Shown piece by piece: positions 1-13,640 of a stretch of DNA of 64,000 nt. Each line of letters begins with the position of its first letter. Position 1 is the first letter of the stretch. The notes under the pieces were generated by a model that saw only the letters and a program-made list of their open reading frames with translations, had not been told where the DNA came from and searched no databases. Origin of the DNA: Octopus sinensis (Eukaryota); the NCBI RefSeq assembly GCF_006345805.1, contig NC_043026.1:8246001-8310000 (forward strand), given 5' to 3'. A program made the translations under genes and the position numbers.

Positions 1-29
1 TACATATATATATACATACATACATATAT

Positions 30-66
<37 letters not shown>

Positions 67-1483
67 CATACATATATATATATATATACATACATACACA
101 TACATACATACATATATATACATACATACCTATATACATATATATACATACATACCTATATATATATATATACATATATATATACATATATACATACATA
201 CATACATATATATACATACATACCTATATATATATATATATACATACATACATATATATATATACATATATACATACATACATATATATACATATATATA
301 TAGACATACATTCGTATATATACACAGATGAATTAGTTTGAATCATGTCAATTGTGAAGATTAGCCTGGTATCCTCCAACCTGTATATTTGTGTGTTTAC
401 ATGTATGTATTTATAAATTTAATGGATGTATATAAATATTTAACCTCTAACTTACTCATTAATGACATTATATTTTTTTTCTCTTCTTCAGATATTTGAA
501 ATCCTGAAATTATCCAAGAATTTCGGAAATGGTGCCAACTTTATAAATATACACAGACTGATATATATATTTATACATTTAAGTATATATATATATGTAC
601 ATATATATGTATGTATATATGTTTATTTATATATGTATATATATGTATGTATATTTGTATACGTATATATGTATATTTGTATATGTATATATGTATATTT
701 ATATATGTATGCATATATGTATATATATATGTACATATATATATTATATATATATATGTACATATATATATATATGTATATATATATATGTACATATATA
801 TATATATGTACATATATATATATATGTATATATATATGACATATATATATATATGTATATATATATGTACATATATTATATATATATATATATATGACAT
901 ATATATATGTACATATATATATATATGTATATATACATATGTACATATATATATTATATATATGTATATATATATATATATGTGTATATATACACATTTC
1001 TATAGACATTTATATTTATATATATATCTTGACATTTATATATTTATACATAGACACACACATATATCCAGACACAAAAAGATATATATATATAAATACA
1101 TACGTTTGAACATACATGCAACTACATCTACACGTGTACACACACTCACATGTGCTTATATACGCAAACTCACACACACATATATATACATATATATATA
1201 TATATTTTATATAATTATATATGTATATAGACATTCATATATAGATATATTTATACATACATATTTATACATACATACACAAATGTATATACACACACAC
1301 ATATATACACACACACCCAAAAAGATATATATAAATACATGTATTTGAACATACATGTAACTACATATACAAACATATGTATGTGTATATATATATATAT
1401 ATAATATATATATATATATACACACATATATTAATATATGTATGTATATATATACATATGTATTAATATATATATATACATCA

Positions 1484-1514
<31 letters not shown>

Positions 1515-1624
1515 TTATATCTATATATATTAATATATATATATATATCTATATATATATACATATAAATATATACATATCTATATATACATATATATGT
1601 ATAAATTTATATATGCGTGTATAG

Positions 1625-1664
<40 letters not shown>

Positions 1665-1870
1665 CATACGCACACACAAACATACATACATGCATATATA
1701 TATACATACATACACACACACACACACACATACATATATATATATACATAGAAACACGTGTCTCTCCATGGAGATATATCCATGTATAAATGTGTATGCG
1801 TTTGCATGCACACATTTATATAGAAAATGCTCACGTATACACAAACCTATACACACAAACGCACACATGT
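1..1870. repeat. TA/TACA/CA microsatellite field (similar fields at 8820-9480 and 39380-45470)
   Basis: Direct reading; this is the source of the YI/HI/VC-rich ORFs. Confidence 0.97.
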
Positions 1871-2574
1871 AGACTCATAGACTCACAAAAATTACCAACA
1901 ATTCATCTTCAGTTGACAAGTGGATTGTGAAAAGATTTCGTGGACAACCACCTCTACCACTCCTACTGCCACTACTACTATTACTACAACTATCACCACC
2001 ACTCTCCCACTACTACTACTTCAGCTACTACTACCCCCACCACTCGTCGTCCAATGTGCCTTGGCCACCAAGGGTCGCAACGTATTTTTGCATTTGTCGT
2101 GTGTGTAAAGTGTCACCCTGTGTCAGAAATGATGACCCCCCCCTTTTTTTTCCTTTTTGATTTTCAACCTGGTGGGCTTGAGCAATATGAAATAAAGGGC
2201 CTTGCTCAAAGAGACAATATACCATCCGAGCATTGGAATTGAACTCTCGACATTAACGACGCAGGGACCAACAGCCTAACCATAAGACAATGTACCTTCA
2301 CACTCTCTCTAATATATTACCAAAACTACCACTGCTACTACAACATATACTGTTGCTTCTACTGAGGCCCTTGCTACAGTAGGGGCAGAAGAAGGAGGGA
2401 AGTGTTAGCCAGGATTAAGACCTGTTCATGTGGCCCCTTGTGTGCACATCCGTGACCCTGCACATACGTTCACATAAACAGCATGCAGTGAACCTTTTCA
2501 CATAGATATACAAAATTAGTGACTTGGGCAGTAATATGGACAGTAACATCTCTTAGACACCTTTGTACAGTGTG

Positions 2575-3501
2575 TCTGCCTGTCAATGTCCGAGTGTCCA
2601 TTTCACTGTGTGTTTATCTGCTTGTCAATGTCCGATTGTCCATTTCACTGTGTGTTTGCTTGTCAATGTGTCCGAGTGTCCATTTCACTGTGTGTTTATT
2701 TGCTTGTCAATGTCCGAGTGTCCATTTCACTGTGTGTTTGTCTGCTTGTCAGTGTCCGAGTGTCCATTTCACTGTGTGTTTGTCTGCTTGTCAATGTCCG
2801 AGTGTCCATTTCACTGTGTGTTTGTCTGCTTGTCAGTGTCCGAGTGTCCATTTCACTGTGTGTTTGTCTGCTTGTCAATGTCCGAGTGTCCATTTCACTG
2901 TGTGTTTGTCTGCTTGTCAATGTCCGAGTGTCCATTTCACTGTGTGTTTGTCTGCTTGTCAATGTCCGAGTGTCCATTTCACTGTGTGTTTGTCTGCTTG
3001 TCAGTGTCCGAGTGTCCATTTCACTGTGTGTTTGTCTGCTTGTCAATGTCCGAGTGTCCATTTCACTGTGTGTTTGTCTGCTTGTCAATGTCCGAGTGTC
3101 CATTTCACTGTGTGTTTGTCTGCTTGTCAATGTCCGAGTGTCCATTTCACTGTGTGTTTGTCTGCTTGTCAATGTCCGAGTGTCCATTTCACTGTGTGTT
3201 TGTCTGCTTGTCAATGTCCGAGTGTCCATTTCACTGTGTGTTTGTCAGCTTGTCAATGTCCGAGTGTCCATTTCACTGTGTGCCTGGACACTTGACAGGC
3301 AGATGGAAACATTGTGAAATTGACACTTGGGCTTTGACAAGTGGAAAAACTCACTGGGAAATTTACACTTGAATATTGACAAACAGACAAACACACTGTG
3401 AAATGGACACTCAGTCATTGACAAGCAGGCAGTCACACTAGGAAATTGACAGTGAGACATTGACAAGCGGACAGACACCCTGAGAAATTGACATTCAGAC
3501 A
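2575..3501. repeat. 42-bp minisatellite (~17 homogeneous units) followed by 5 diverged inverted units
   Basis: Unit tgtccgagtgtccatttcactgtgtgtttgtctgcttgtcaa; reverse-complement units run in exact 42-bp register at 3292-3501. Confidence 0.95.
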
Positions 3502-3994
3502 TGGTTACACATTAGCAGAGACAGTTAAGACTGCAAAACATGGGCTCAAAAGCTTTGATGAAAAAAAGGTGAAAATGAACAGGTATGCACACAAATATAT
3601 GCAGATAATTTTTATATACACCCAGACCAACTGAAGGAGAGGCAAGAGAGAGAAAGGGGAATTCTCAAGTGTTGTCTGATATGGGTGGGGACTGGGGTGG
3701 TGGCAGTGGGCATGGGTAAGAGGAGGTAAGTGGTGGCAGCAGTGTTCGTGGTGGCGGAGGGAGGTTAAAAACAAAAATGTTCTGTCTTACTGACAACAGC
3801 CTTTATTATTAGTATTACTACCTTTAAAATCTATTATTATTGTTGTTGTTGTTGTTGTTGTTGTTATACTCAATGTGTGGTGTAGGGTGTGAGCTTGATT
3901 GGCAAAAAGAACAAGACAAGAGGAGTGTACAAATTGCAGAAGAAAGAAAATCTAATTTGTAATTAAAGAGTGAAAAAAAAAATCTATATATTTA

Positions 3995-4450
3995 TAGGCA
4001 CAGGTGTGGCTGTGTGGTAAGGAGCTTGCATACCACACAGGTGACGAGCTGGCAGAAACGTTAGCACGCCGGTCGAAAAGCTTAGCGGTATTTCGTCTGC
4101 TGTTACGTTCTGAGTTCAAATTCCGCCGAGGTCGACTTTGCTTTTCATCCTTTCGGGGTCGATTAAATAAGTACCAGTTATGCACTGGGGTCGATGTAAT
4201 CAACTTAATCCGTTTGTCTGTCCTTGTTTGTCCCCTCTGTGTTTTGCCCCTTGTGGGTAGTAAAGAAATAGGTATTTCGCCTGCCGCTACGTTCTGAGTT
4301 CAAATTCCGCCAAGGTCGAATTTGCCTTTCATCCTTTCGGGGTCGATTAAATAAGTACCAGTTATGCACTGGAGTCGATATAATCGACTTAATCCGTTTG
4401 TCTGCCCCCTCTGTGTTTTGCCCCATGTGGGTAGTAAAGAAATAGGTATT
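3995..4450 (+). mobile_element. tRNA-derived SINE with internal tandem duplication
   Basis: Box A/B-like head, ttctgagttcaaattccgcc core repeated twice. Related copies at 27230-27410 (-) and 62930-63715. Confidence 0.75.
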
Positions 4451-4830
4451 TTGTCTACATGGCCACCACCAATGACGACACATTTCTCCCATCGCTTTAT
4501 GCAGCCATGAAAACCTGGTCTGCAGAAGTTGGTAGGTTGCGTCTGGAGCCAAGATTTTACCTCAGAAATAGGTTTGTCATCACCCGAAAAGTGGTCCCGC
4601 TTCAAAAAGGACTTCATGGTTGGAAATAGGGGTAAGTCAGGAGGATGAGGAAGGATTTCATAGCCGCAAGAGGGTGCTTTCATCCGGGCAACATGTCACA
4701 TTGTGAACTGGGGGGGGGGGGGGGGTCTTGAAGGAGGCAGACTCCTTTGGTCAGCATCCCATGATTCCCAGTGTGGGGCCTGGTAATATTTTGGTGAGGC
4801 ATGTATACACAATGTTTAGTATGCCATTAA

Positions 4831-5112
4831 AAGAAAGGGGTCAATTTGGAAAAATTACTAAAAAAGGTTCTTATGTAAACAATTTTATCAAATTTTGGAC
4901 ACTTTAGAGACATCAGGTCATTTTTATCTATTCATAAATTTGACACTTTAGAGACATCAGATCTTATGAGTAGATCTGCCAAAAATGGCATGACCTGATG
5001 TCTCTAAAGTGTCAAATTTATGAATCTGTCCAAAATTTGATAAAATTGTTCACATAAGGGGTGTAAAGAACTTCTTTTAGTAACTTGTTCCCAAATTGAC
5101 CCCTTTCTTTAT
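4831..5112. mobile_element. MITE-like element with long imperfect terminal inverted repeats
   Basis: aaagaaaggggtcaatttgg at 4831 and ccaaattgacccctttcttt at about 5091, with further internal inverted segments. Confidence 0.7.
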
Positions 5113-5124
5113 ATATTCATAAGA

Positions 5125-5490
5125 TTATGGTAAGTAGCTTGTTTACCAACCACATGGTTCCGGGTTCAGTCCCACTGCGTGGCAGCTTGGGCAAGTGTCT
5201 TCTACTATAGCCTCGGGCCGACCAAAGCCTTCTGAGTGGGTTTGGTAGACGGAAACTGAAAGAAGCCCGTCGTATATATATATATATGTGTGTATTTGTC
5301 CTCCTAGCATTGCTTGACAACCAATGCTGGTGTGTTTATGTCCCCGTCACTAGCGGTTCGGTAAAAAGAGACCGATAGAATAAGTACTGGGCTTACAAAA
5401 GAATAATTCCCGGGGTCGATTTGCTTGACTATAAAGGCGGTGCTCCAGCATGGCTGCAGTCAAATGACTGAAACAAGTAAAAGAGTAAAG
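5125..5490 (+). mobile_element. Major bipartite cephalopod-type SINE (tRNA-like head, internal TA run, conserved second module); about 13 copies in window
   Basis: gtggctgtgtggtaag...ggttcagtccc head and gctccagcatggccgcagtcaaatgactgaaacaag tail. Other copies at 10520-11380(-), 17630-18015, 21255-21860, 25120-25535, 31985-32345, 33945-34340(-), 34752-35145, 36900-37290(-), 46640-47350(-), 60095-60645 and 61690-62090. Confidence 0.9.
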
Positions 5491-7559
5491 AGTATGTGAA
5501 GACATGTAGGTAGAAACGCCTGTGTTTCCTACACATTTTTTTATGTCCGTTGCCCTATTTTTTTTTATTTGTTTCCGGGTAATATTGTAAACACTTACCA
5601 AATTTTGAATAACAAAAAATTAAATATCATAAAGGGACATCAGGATTTTAGAAATGATTCAATGGGGCATGGCCAAAAATCGGTTGAAAAACTACTGATG
5701 CCACGCTGCTCTGCTCTGATGGAGCTCCATAATTTCTGCAGCAGAGAAGTATAATATGCCCCATTAATTGTGGAGCCCTTTGCCAGAAAATCTATCATAA
5801 CTACTTCACACTGGTCCCAAAAGACTGTGAGCATCACCTTGTCTGCTGAGGGTTGGATATGACCCTTCTTTGGTGGCGATGAATTATGCTTCCATTGCTT
5901 TGATGGCATCCTGCAATTTCTGCAGCAGAGAAGCATGATGTGCCCCATTAATTGTGGAGCCCTTTGCCAGAAAATCCATCATCACTACTTCACACTGGTC
6001 CCAAAAGACTGAGCATCACCTTGTCTGCTGAGGGTTGGATATGATCCTTCTTTGGAGGCGATGCGTTATGCTTCCATTGCTTTGATGCATCCTGCAATTT
6101 CTGCAGCAGAGAAGCATGATGTGCCCCGTTAATTGTGGAGCCCTTTGCCAGAAAATCCATCATCACTAATCTGTGCTAGTCCAAAAAGATTGAGCATCAC
6201 CTTGCCTGGTCAGGGCTGGACACGACCCTTCTTTGGAGGTGATGAGTTATCATACTTCCATTGTTTTGACTGGACTTTAGTCTCAGGACCATTGTGATGG
6301 ACCCATGCTTCATCCTGTGGGATAAGTCTGCCAAAAAAAAACCTCCTCATTTTCTTGACACATTGCCAAAAGGGCCTTAGAACAATTGACCCGTTCCTGC
6401 TTTTGAAAAGATGTGAGCATCTGGGGAATCCATTGTGCTGATAACATGTACAAATGGTTGTAAATGAGTTTTTTTCCCACAGATCCTAAGCTTATCTTCA
6501 CTTTTTGGGTTAGTTGCCATAAAGTTCTGTGGTGATCCTCCAAAATGGCAGCTTCCACTTTATGGATGGCATCATCATCAATGGCAGAATGTGGATGTCC
6601 AACAGTTTCCACCAATGTCCAGCCCCATTTGAACAGGTGATGCCAGTGCTTGACTATGTTGTATGATGGTGCATTGTCACCATAAGTGCTTCTTTCATCT
6701 CATCATTTGGTGTACGACCTTCCAAGTATAAGAACCTGATCCCTGATCTGCATTCAACTGCCTCCATTATAACAGCTTAGTCCACTTCAGCAGCCGCAAA
6801 AGACAAACGAATCCGAGTGGAAAGCTGCAATTTACAATGTGACATGGAGAGACAGGTATGACTATACCTGTACAAGTTCCGTTTCCTGCAATAATTGGAA
6901 ATCTTAAACGAACACTATGGAATAAAATTACTTAAACGAAATGCCAACTAATAAAGTGTATATATAAAAAAAAAAAAAGGAATTAGCAAGAACTTAGGAA
7001 GAATTGAACTTGCTTTCTGCAGATTGATATCTCCATGTCTTTACCCACACAACCATCAAGATATAAATGCTAAAAAGGGTTTAAAAATAAGATACTTAAA
7101 TTTATCCCAGCAAAAAGATCATTCATGAAAATAGCTTTAACTATCTCATTTTTTTAGCTACTTTCTGGGGCCCTGCCAGGTGGGTAAGTGGATGAGGATA
7201 TCTGGCGTGGGATGAAGGTTCAACATGCAGCTAAGTGAGCAAGCTGGAGATCTTGGGCCCTGGTATGAGAGTAAGGAAGTATACTTTTTTTTTCCTAATT
7301 TTTCTTAAAACTTCCAGAAAATAAAATTCCATTTCAGCAAGAATTTCTAACACACGCCCTGGAAAGAACTGAACTCTACCCCAGGGTATTCAAAGTTGAT
7401 ATCTCTCTGGTCTTTAACCATAAGACCATCAAGACACCTACAAAATAAAACTGTTAAAACTGAAATACTTAAACACCATTTTTTCTTTCTCTCACTCCCC
7501 AATCCTGTCCCCACTGCCCTGTTGTGACCCCTCCCAGGTTTCACCAGTCACTGCATTTC

Positions 7560-8105
7560 CACCCCTACACTCTTTGCCTCGGCTTCCTACTCATGCACCT
7601 TAGGCAATACTCTCAGTACAGGATTCAGGCCTCTTCTCCTTATCTCCTCAAAGACATACATCATCTCGAAAGAGTCCAGAAGCTGGCTACCCACATGGTT
7701 CTTGGTCTCAAGCATTTGTCTTATGAAGAAAGGCTGAAGACGCTCGACCTTTATTCTCTAGAAAAACGACGACGCCGTGGTGATCTCATTCTTGCTCAAA
7801 ACATCATAAGCGGAAAGTGTAACCTCTCGAAAGAGCTGTTCTTCACTCCTGCTCCAGAGCGTCGGCTGCGGGGTCACTCCGAAAAGCTCTATCTGCGACG
7901 ATTTCATCTCAATCAAAGGAGAGGGGCTTTCTCTGTCCGGGTTGCGGGTCCGTGGAATAAGCTGCTGGACAAGATAATGAAGATGCCGACGATCGCTCAG
8001 TTCAAAGTCTCTCTTGACCAGAAATGGCCTGAACTCTTTGCATGAACACCTTCCTTGTACATAACTCCATGTCCCTGCTTTTTGAGCCAAAAAATTAACT
8101 TAACC
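7560..8105 (+). mobile_element. CR1-type LINE 3' fragment
   Basis: LERVQKLAT..V.GL..LSYEERL..L.LYSLE.RR.RGDLI and FS.RV...WN.L motifs, (TTAAC)n tail. Further fragments at 9883-10122 (+) and 63715-64000 (-). Confidence 0.9.
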
Positions 8106-9196
8106 CGTTTCTATTCTGACCTCCCCATACCTTGACAGTAGCACTTTGCCACCATATCTCTCTCTGACCAGGTAAGCATGTATCTCCACTACAGCAACAC
8201 ACCTGTTTCTGTCTCTAACCTTTCGTTACCTGGCACAAGATGACTTCCTCTAAAGTCCCCTCCTCCCCCTCAAAAGATCTTTGTCTTGCAAGTTACCTGG
8301 TAATTCCACAAATAATGGTGCCACATAAAAAGCATCCGGTCCTCACTGTAAAGTGGTCGGCATTTGGAAAGGTATCCAGCTGTAAAAACCATGCCAAAAC
8401 TGACCTCGCTTGTACTGGTGCCATATAAAAAGCACTCAGTCCATTCTGCAAGGTGTTAGGAAGGGCATCCAGGTTCTTTTACAGGGGCCAAACAGTATCA
8501 AGACCAGCCAAAATGTCATACTTTCCATGTATGTGTAAATGTTGGCAGTGGTTCAAAACAATGGGATGGCTGATTCAGAAGAGCATTGAATAGGTTGCTT
8601 TGTCATATTTGGTCCAACTCTGGTCGACATGTTCTTTCATTCTTTCAGGGGCCAACATATCTTTCATGTTTTCTGGGATCAAAGAAAAAGACTGGAATGT
8701 CAGAAGTGTAAGATTGTCAAACTGTATTGTGACAATTGTTTTAAATCTCTGGTCCCTGAGTTCAAAGCCTGTTGAGGGTAAAGTCCCAATGAGGCAGTGG
8801 AGTGTCAGAAATGTAAGAATATATATATATGTATATATACATATACACATATATATATACATATACACATATATATATATATATACACACACATATATAT
8901 ATACATATATATATATACACACACATATATATATATATACACATATATATATATACACACACATATATATATATACACACACATATATATATATATACAC
9001 ATATATATATATACACACACATATATACATACACATATATATATACATATACATATATATATACACATATATATATACACACATATATATATATACACAC
9101 ATATATATACACACACATATATATACACACACATATATATATTATATATATACACACATATATATACACACATATATATATATATATATATAATAT

Positions 9197-9241
<45 letters not shown>

Positions 9242-9431
9242 TATATTATATATCATCATCATCATCATCGTTTAACATCCATTTTCCGTGCTAGCGTTAA
9301 ACGATGATGATGATGATGATATATATATATATGTATATATCATCATCATCGTTTAACATCCGTTTTCCGTGCTAGCGTTAAACGATGATGATGATATATA
9401 CATATATATATATATACACACATATATATAT

Positions 9432-9483
<52 letters not shown>

Positions 9484-9714
9484 GACATATAACATATATG
9501 GGTTAACCTAGCAAAAACCAAAGTCTTAGAAAGTAGGAAGGCTGATACATCACAAACCCCTTCAGGTAGATGGCCCTGCTTGATGTGTAGAAAGGGCGTG
9601 GGTAGAAACGCCATACTATGTACCCAGTGTAAGATATGGACACATAAAAGGTGCAGCAATATCAAAGGAAGGTTAACCAGGAAGATAGTTTTTGTGTAGA
9701 TGTGCAGGGGCAAT

Positions 9715-10122
9715 AAACACTGAAGGTGTACAGAAAACAGATTCCATCACATGCCAGGGGAAAAAAACTAGTAGTTGATAGCTTCCACTACCTTGGCAAC
9801 TAAATCTGTAGTAGGGATGGTTGCTCTGAGAGTGTAGTGGCTAGAATAAGAATAGCTTGGGCAAAGTTCAGAGAGATCCTACCTCTGCGGGGTCACTCCG
9901 AAAAGCTCTATCTGCGACGATTTCATCTCAATCGAAGGAGAGGGGCTTTCTCCGTCCGGGTTGCGGATCCGTGGAATAAGCCGCTGGACGAGATAGTGAA
10001 GATGCTGACGACCGCTTGGTTCAAAGTCTCTCTTGACCAGAAATGGCCTGAACTCTGCATGAACACCCCTGCACATAACTCCATGTCCTTGCTGTTTGAG
10101 CCAAAAAATTAACTTAACTTAA
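9715..10122 (+). mobile_element. Chimeric LINE fragment: RTE segment joined to a CR1 3' end
   Basis: RTE-like DSFHYLG...ARIRIAWAKFREILP runs directly into CR1-like LRGHSEKLYLRRF at about 9883. Confidence 0.7.
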
Positions 10123-12699
10123 CCTCTGCTGGCCTCTTGCTCAGGATGAAAGGCACAGTGTATGGTGCATGGCAAACTGCCATGCTATGTGGCAGTAAAA
10201 CATGGGCCATGACTGCTGAGGATGTGCGGAGGCTTGAAAGAAATGAATTTAGTATGATCCGTTGGATATATATACAAGAAGATGCCTGATAGTTCCTGGC
10301 TCTGGGTAAAAGAAAATACAGGAGGATCTGTGAATTATGATTTCATTCAACATATTCCCCTCTCAGATACACACCCTTATTGCAGTGGTCCTTCAGTTTT
10401 TCTAAGCCCTGTAAAAGAACTCGGAAGAATGAGCCTTAAAGCCAGGAACTTTTTCAGCACCCACCCCTTTTGTGTGCATCTCTTTGTCTTGATATTGCAT
10501 GATTACACTTTACTCTTTTACTTGTTTCAGTCAGTTGACTGTGGCCATGCTGGAGCACCGCCTTTAATCGAGCAACTCGACCCCCGGGACTTATTCTTTT
10601 CTAAGCCCAGTACTTATTCTATCAGTCTCTTTTTGCTGAACCGCTAAGTAACAGGGACATAAACACACCAGCATCAGTTGTCAAGCAATGCTAGGGGAAC
10701 AAACACAGTACATGCATATATATATATACGACAGGCTTCTTTCAGTTTCCGTCTACCAAATCCACTCACAAGGCTTTGGTCGAGGCTACAGTAAAAGACA
10801 GTGGGACTGAACCCGGAACCATGTGGTTGGTAAATAAGCTACTTACCACACAACCACTCCTACACCTATGATATACATATATACGACGGGCTTCTTTCAG
10901 TTTCCGTCTACCAAATCCACTCACAAGGCTTTGGTCGAGGCTACAGTAAAAGACAGTGGGACTGAACCCGGAACCATGTGGTTGGTAAATAAGCTACTTA
11001 CCACACAACCACTCCTACACCTATGATATACATATATACGACTGGCTTCTTTCAGTTTCCGTCTACCAAATCCACTCACAAGGCATTGGTCGGCCCGAGA
11101 CTATAGTAGAAGACACTTGCCCAAGGTGCCACGCAGTGGGACTGAACCTGGAACCATGTGGTTGGTAAATAAGCTACTTACCACACAGCCACTCCTACAC
11201 CTATGATATATATATACAACAGGCTTCTTTCAGTTTCCCTCTACCAAATCCACTCACAAGGCTTTGGTTGGCCCGAGGCTATAGTAGAAGACACTTGCCC
11301 AAGGTGCCACGCAGTGGGACTGAATCCGGGACCATGTGGTTGGTAAACAAACTACTCACCACACAGCCACTCCTACACCTTTGTTGTAATTAGATGCCAG
11401 TTGTTTCCAGTATTGTGCGAAAACATGTCTAACGATGAGAAAATATTACCTTGCTAGGAAACAGGTTAGCGTTGTCAATGAGAAGGCATTTAGCCATAGA
11501 AAATCTGCTTTCGTAAACTCCGGCCAATGCAAGCCTGGAAAAGTGGACAATAAAACAATTACATATATTAACACATTCATATGTTCAAGAAAAGATACCC
11601 AAACACATACAAGACAGATTATTTAACCCTTTAGCATTCAGATTATGCTTGTTTATTCGTTGTTTTGAATTAATCCTGAGTTGTCTCATCATCATCATCA
11701 TTGTTTAACGTCCATTTTCCGTGCTAGCATGGGTTGGACGGTTCAACTGGGGTCTGGGAAGCCAGAAGGCTGCACCAGGCCCAGTCTGATCTGGCAGTGT
11801 TTCTACAGCTGGATGCCCTTCCTAACGCCAACCACTCCGTGAGTGTAGTGGGTGCTTTTTACGTGCCAGACGGGGCTGGCAAACGGCCACAATCGGATGG
11901 TGCTTTTTACGTGCCACCTGCACAGGTGCCAGAGGAGGCTGGCAAATGGCCACGATCGAATGGTGCTTTTTACGTGCCAGACGAGGCTGGCAAACAGCCA
12001 CAATCGGATGATGCATTTTACGTGCCACCGGCATGGAGGCCAGTCAGGGCGGCGCTGGCAACGACCATGTTCGGATGGTTCTCTTACGTGCCATCGGCAC
12101 TGGTATCACAGCTACAATTTCCACTGCCTCATAGCTTTGAGATTCTGATAATGTGACTGTTTCTAGAAATGACATCAAAGGGTAGGTGTGAGAGGCCAAA
12201 TCCAGCCTGTATGAACATAAACAGGAAGAATATTTTGGTTGCTTAAATGCTAAAGGGTTAAACTCACATATTGCAATGATTAAGTGCAAGTCGTTTACTT
12301 AATTAAGGTTTATTTACATTGGAATAGGTTGTTTCCCTTTCCCTCGGGTTATTGTAATCGGTCAGTTCCTAATGTACGTTTTCACAGCACATTGTCTGCA
12401 GATGTTCACATATCTAACAGTTTCTTAGTGTTATCCAGAAGCTGCTTCACAGAAATCATTCCTTATCAATCAATCCATCAGTCATATTTTCTCTTCTTAC
12501 TTATTGCATAACCACATCCCATTTTGCAAAGCTTGTCACTTATTCATCGGTTGGTTCAACAGCCATCCTATATCTACCAGTTGCTTATGTCATTCATATC
12601 TTGCTTTGCTAACACTGCTTTGTCTACTTCATAAACTTATATTTCATATCAGAAATAGCTTTAGCAGTTTTTGATATACTCTGTGGTGGGTTTGTCTCA

Positions 12700-13640
12700 A
12701 GGCTATCATTCTTTCCTGTAAATTAAATCATTTTCTTGATGTTGAAATTGTAGTATTTCCCAGTTCTATTTTCACTGCTGTTGCATTTATAAATATTTAC
12801 CCTGTTAGTACTTCTTCAATTCTTTTATTAAGTATATTTGCGATGTTATATCTTTATTATTGAAAGTACATTTATTGTCCATTTCCTCAAACTGAAGCAT
12901 GCTTGAATAGAAATGATGGATTTCTTCAAGAAATATTGTGTAACGAGTGTATGTATTGTGTGAAAATGGTTTTGAAAGTTCTTTTTGTTGTTCCGATGTA
13001 GATTTTATTGTTTTGTTATGCAACTTTAATTCAGGGGTATGGCTTTGATCTACTGCATTTTTGTCCATGAATTTTCAGATACATGTTTATAGCTTTCTAT
13101 GGCATGTTTAGATTTCATGTGCAACCGTAGCTCACTTTTACATTGTTCTTATTGAATAGCCTGTGATATCTATGGTCAGTTATGAAATATTTGATGATGA
13201 ATAGTAGGAAGTATATTTTTGTTCGTCACATTTAGACTGAAAGGTGGGTTGAACCAGCTGATTTTTATAGTTTGACTGGTATTTTGTTTCATTGGTATAA
13301 CATTAAATACACGCACGTTCTTTTCTTTGATTCTGCTTGGTTGGATGATAGTGGAAACTCTTTAGTTTATGCTGTTTGTTGACTAGATACTTTATTAGGT
13401 GGTTGGAATACATTTGTATACTGTAGCACAACGTCCAATTTCCCATAAACCCGGTTATCTTTCTGTGGATAGGTTTTTAGTATTACAGGGAAAATTTAAT
13501 AAAGGTAGATTTGTTTGGATGGATGTTTTGAGATTGAACTCTTTGAGGCATTTACGTTTTCTCTTTGTCTTTTACATTTCATTCCAAGCAGAATAATTTA
13601 TGTCTGGTTACTATGTTATCATCTCTCTTCTGGATTTGTT
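12700..13640 (-). mobile_element. Decayed Penelope-like retroelement fragment (RT thumb to GIY-YIG region)
   Basis: Minus strand encodes ISWFNPPFSLNV (13235-13265) and HRLFNKNNVKVSYGCT (about 13120-13170), both typical PLE motifs. Stops and frameshifts present. Confidence 0.65.

Larger units (their letters stand above)
4455..6880 (-). mobile_element. Decayed mariner/Tc1 transposon interrupted by a MITE and a SINE
   Basis: Fragments in the right order: SAQWIPQMLT (WVP motif), KVMLTVFWD, TINGAYY..LL.KL, and YEILPHPP...KRWEKCV at the C-terminus. The VMLTVFWD segment is triplicated at about 5700-6250. Confidence 0.85.

Noticed and set aside
491-560. Strong plus-strand acceptor (ttttctcttcttcag) before [12 protein letters not shown]
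   Set aside because: No donor or homology; it runs into microsatellite.
462-1872. Many long YI/HI/VC-rich ORFs (also 8.6-9.7 kb and 39.3-45.5 kb, up to 554 aa)
   Set aside because: TA/CA microsatellites lack stop codons in most frames; they are open on both strands and have no domain content.
2519-3372. Cys/His-rich 14-aa repeat ORFs resembling metal-binding proteins
   Set aside because: They are translations of a 42-bp minisatellite open in several frames, with no splice or codon signal.
3517-3582. Plus-strand exon candidate LAETVKTAKHGLKSFDEKKVKMNR with a GTATGC donor
   Set aside because: No polypyrimidine tract and no recognisable homology; the phase match to 8649 may be chance.
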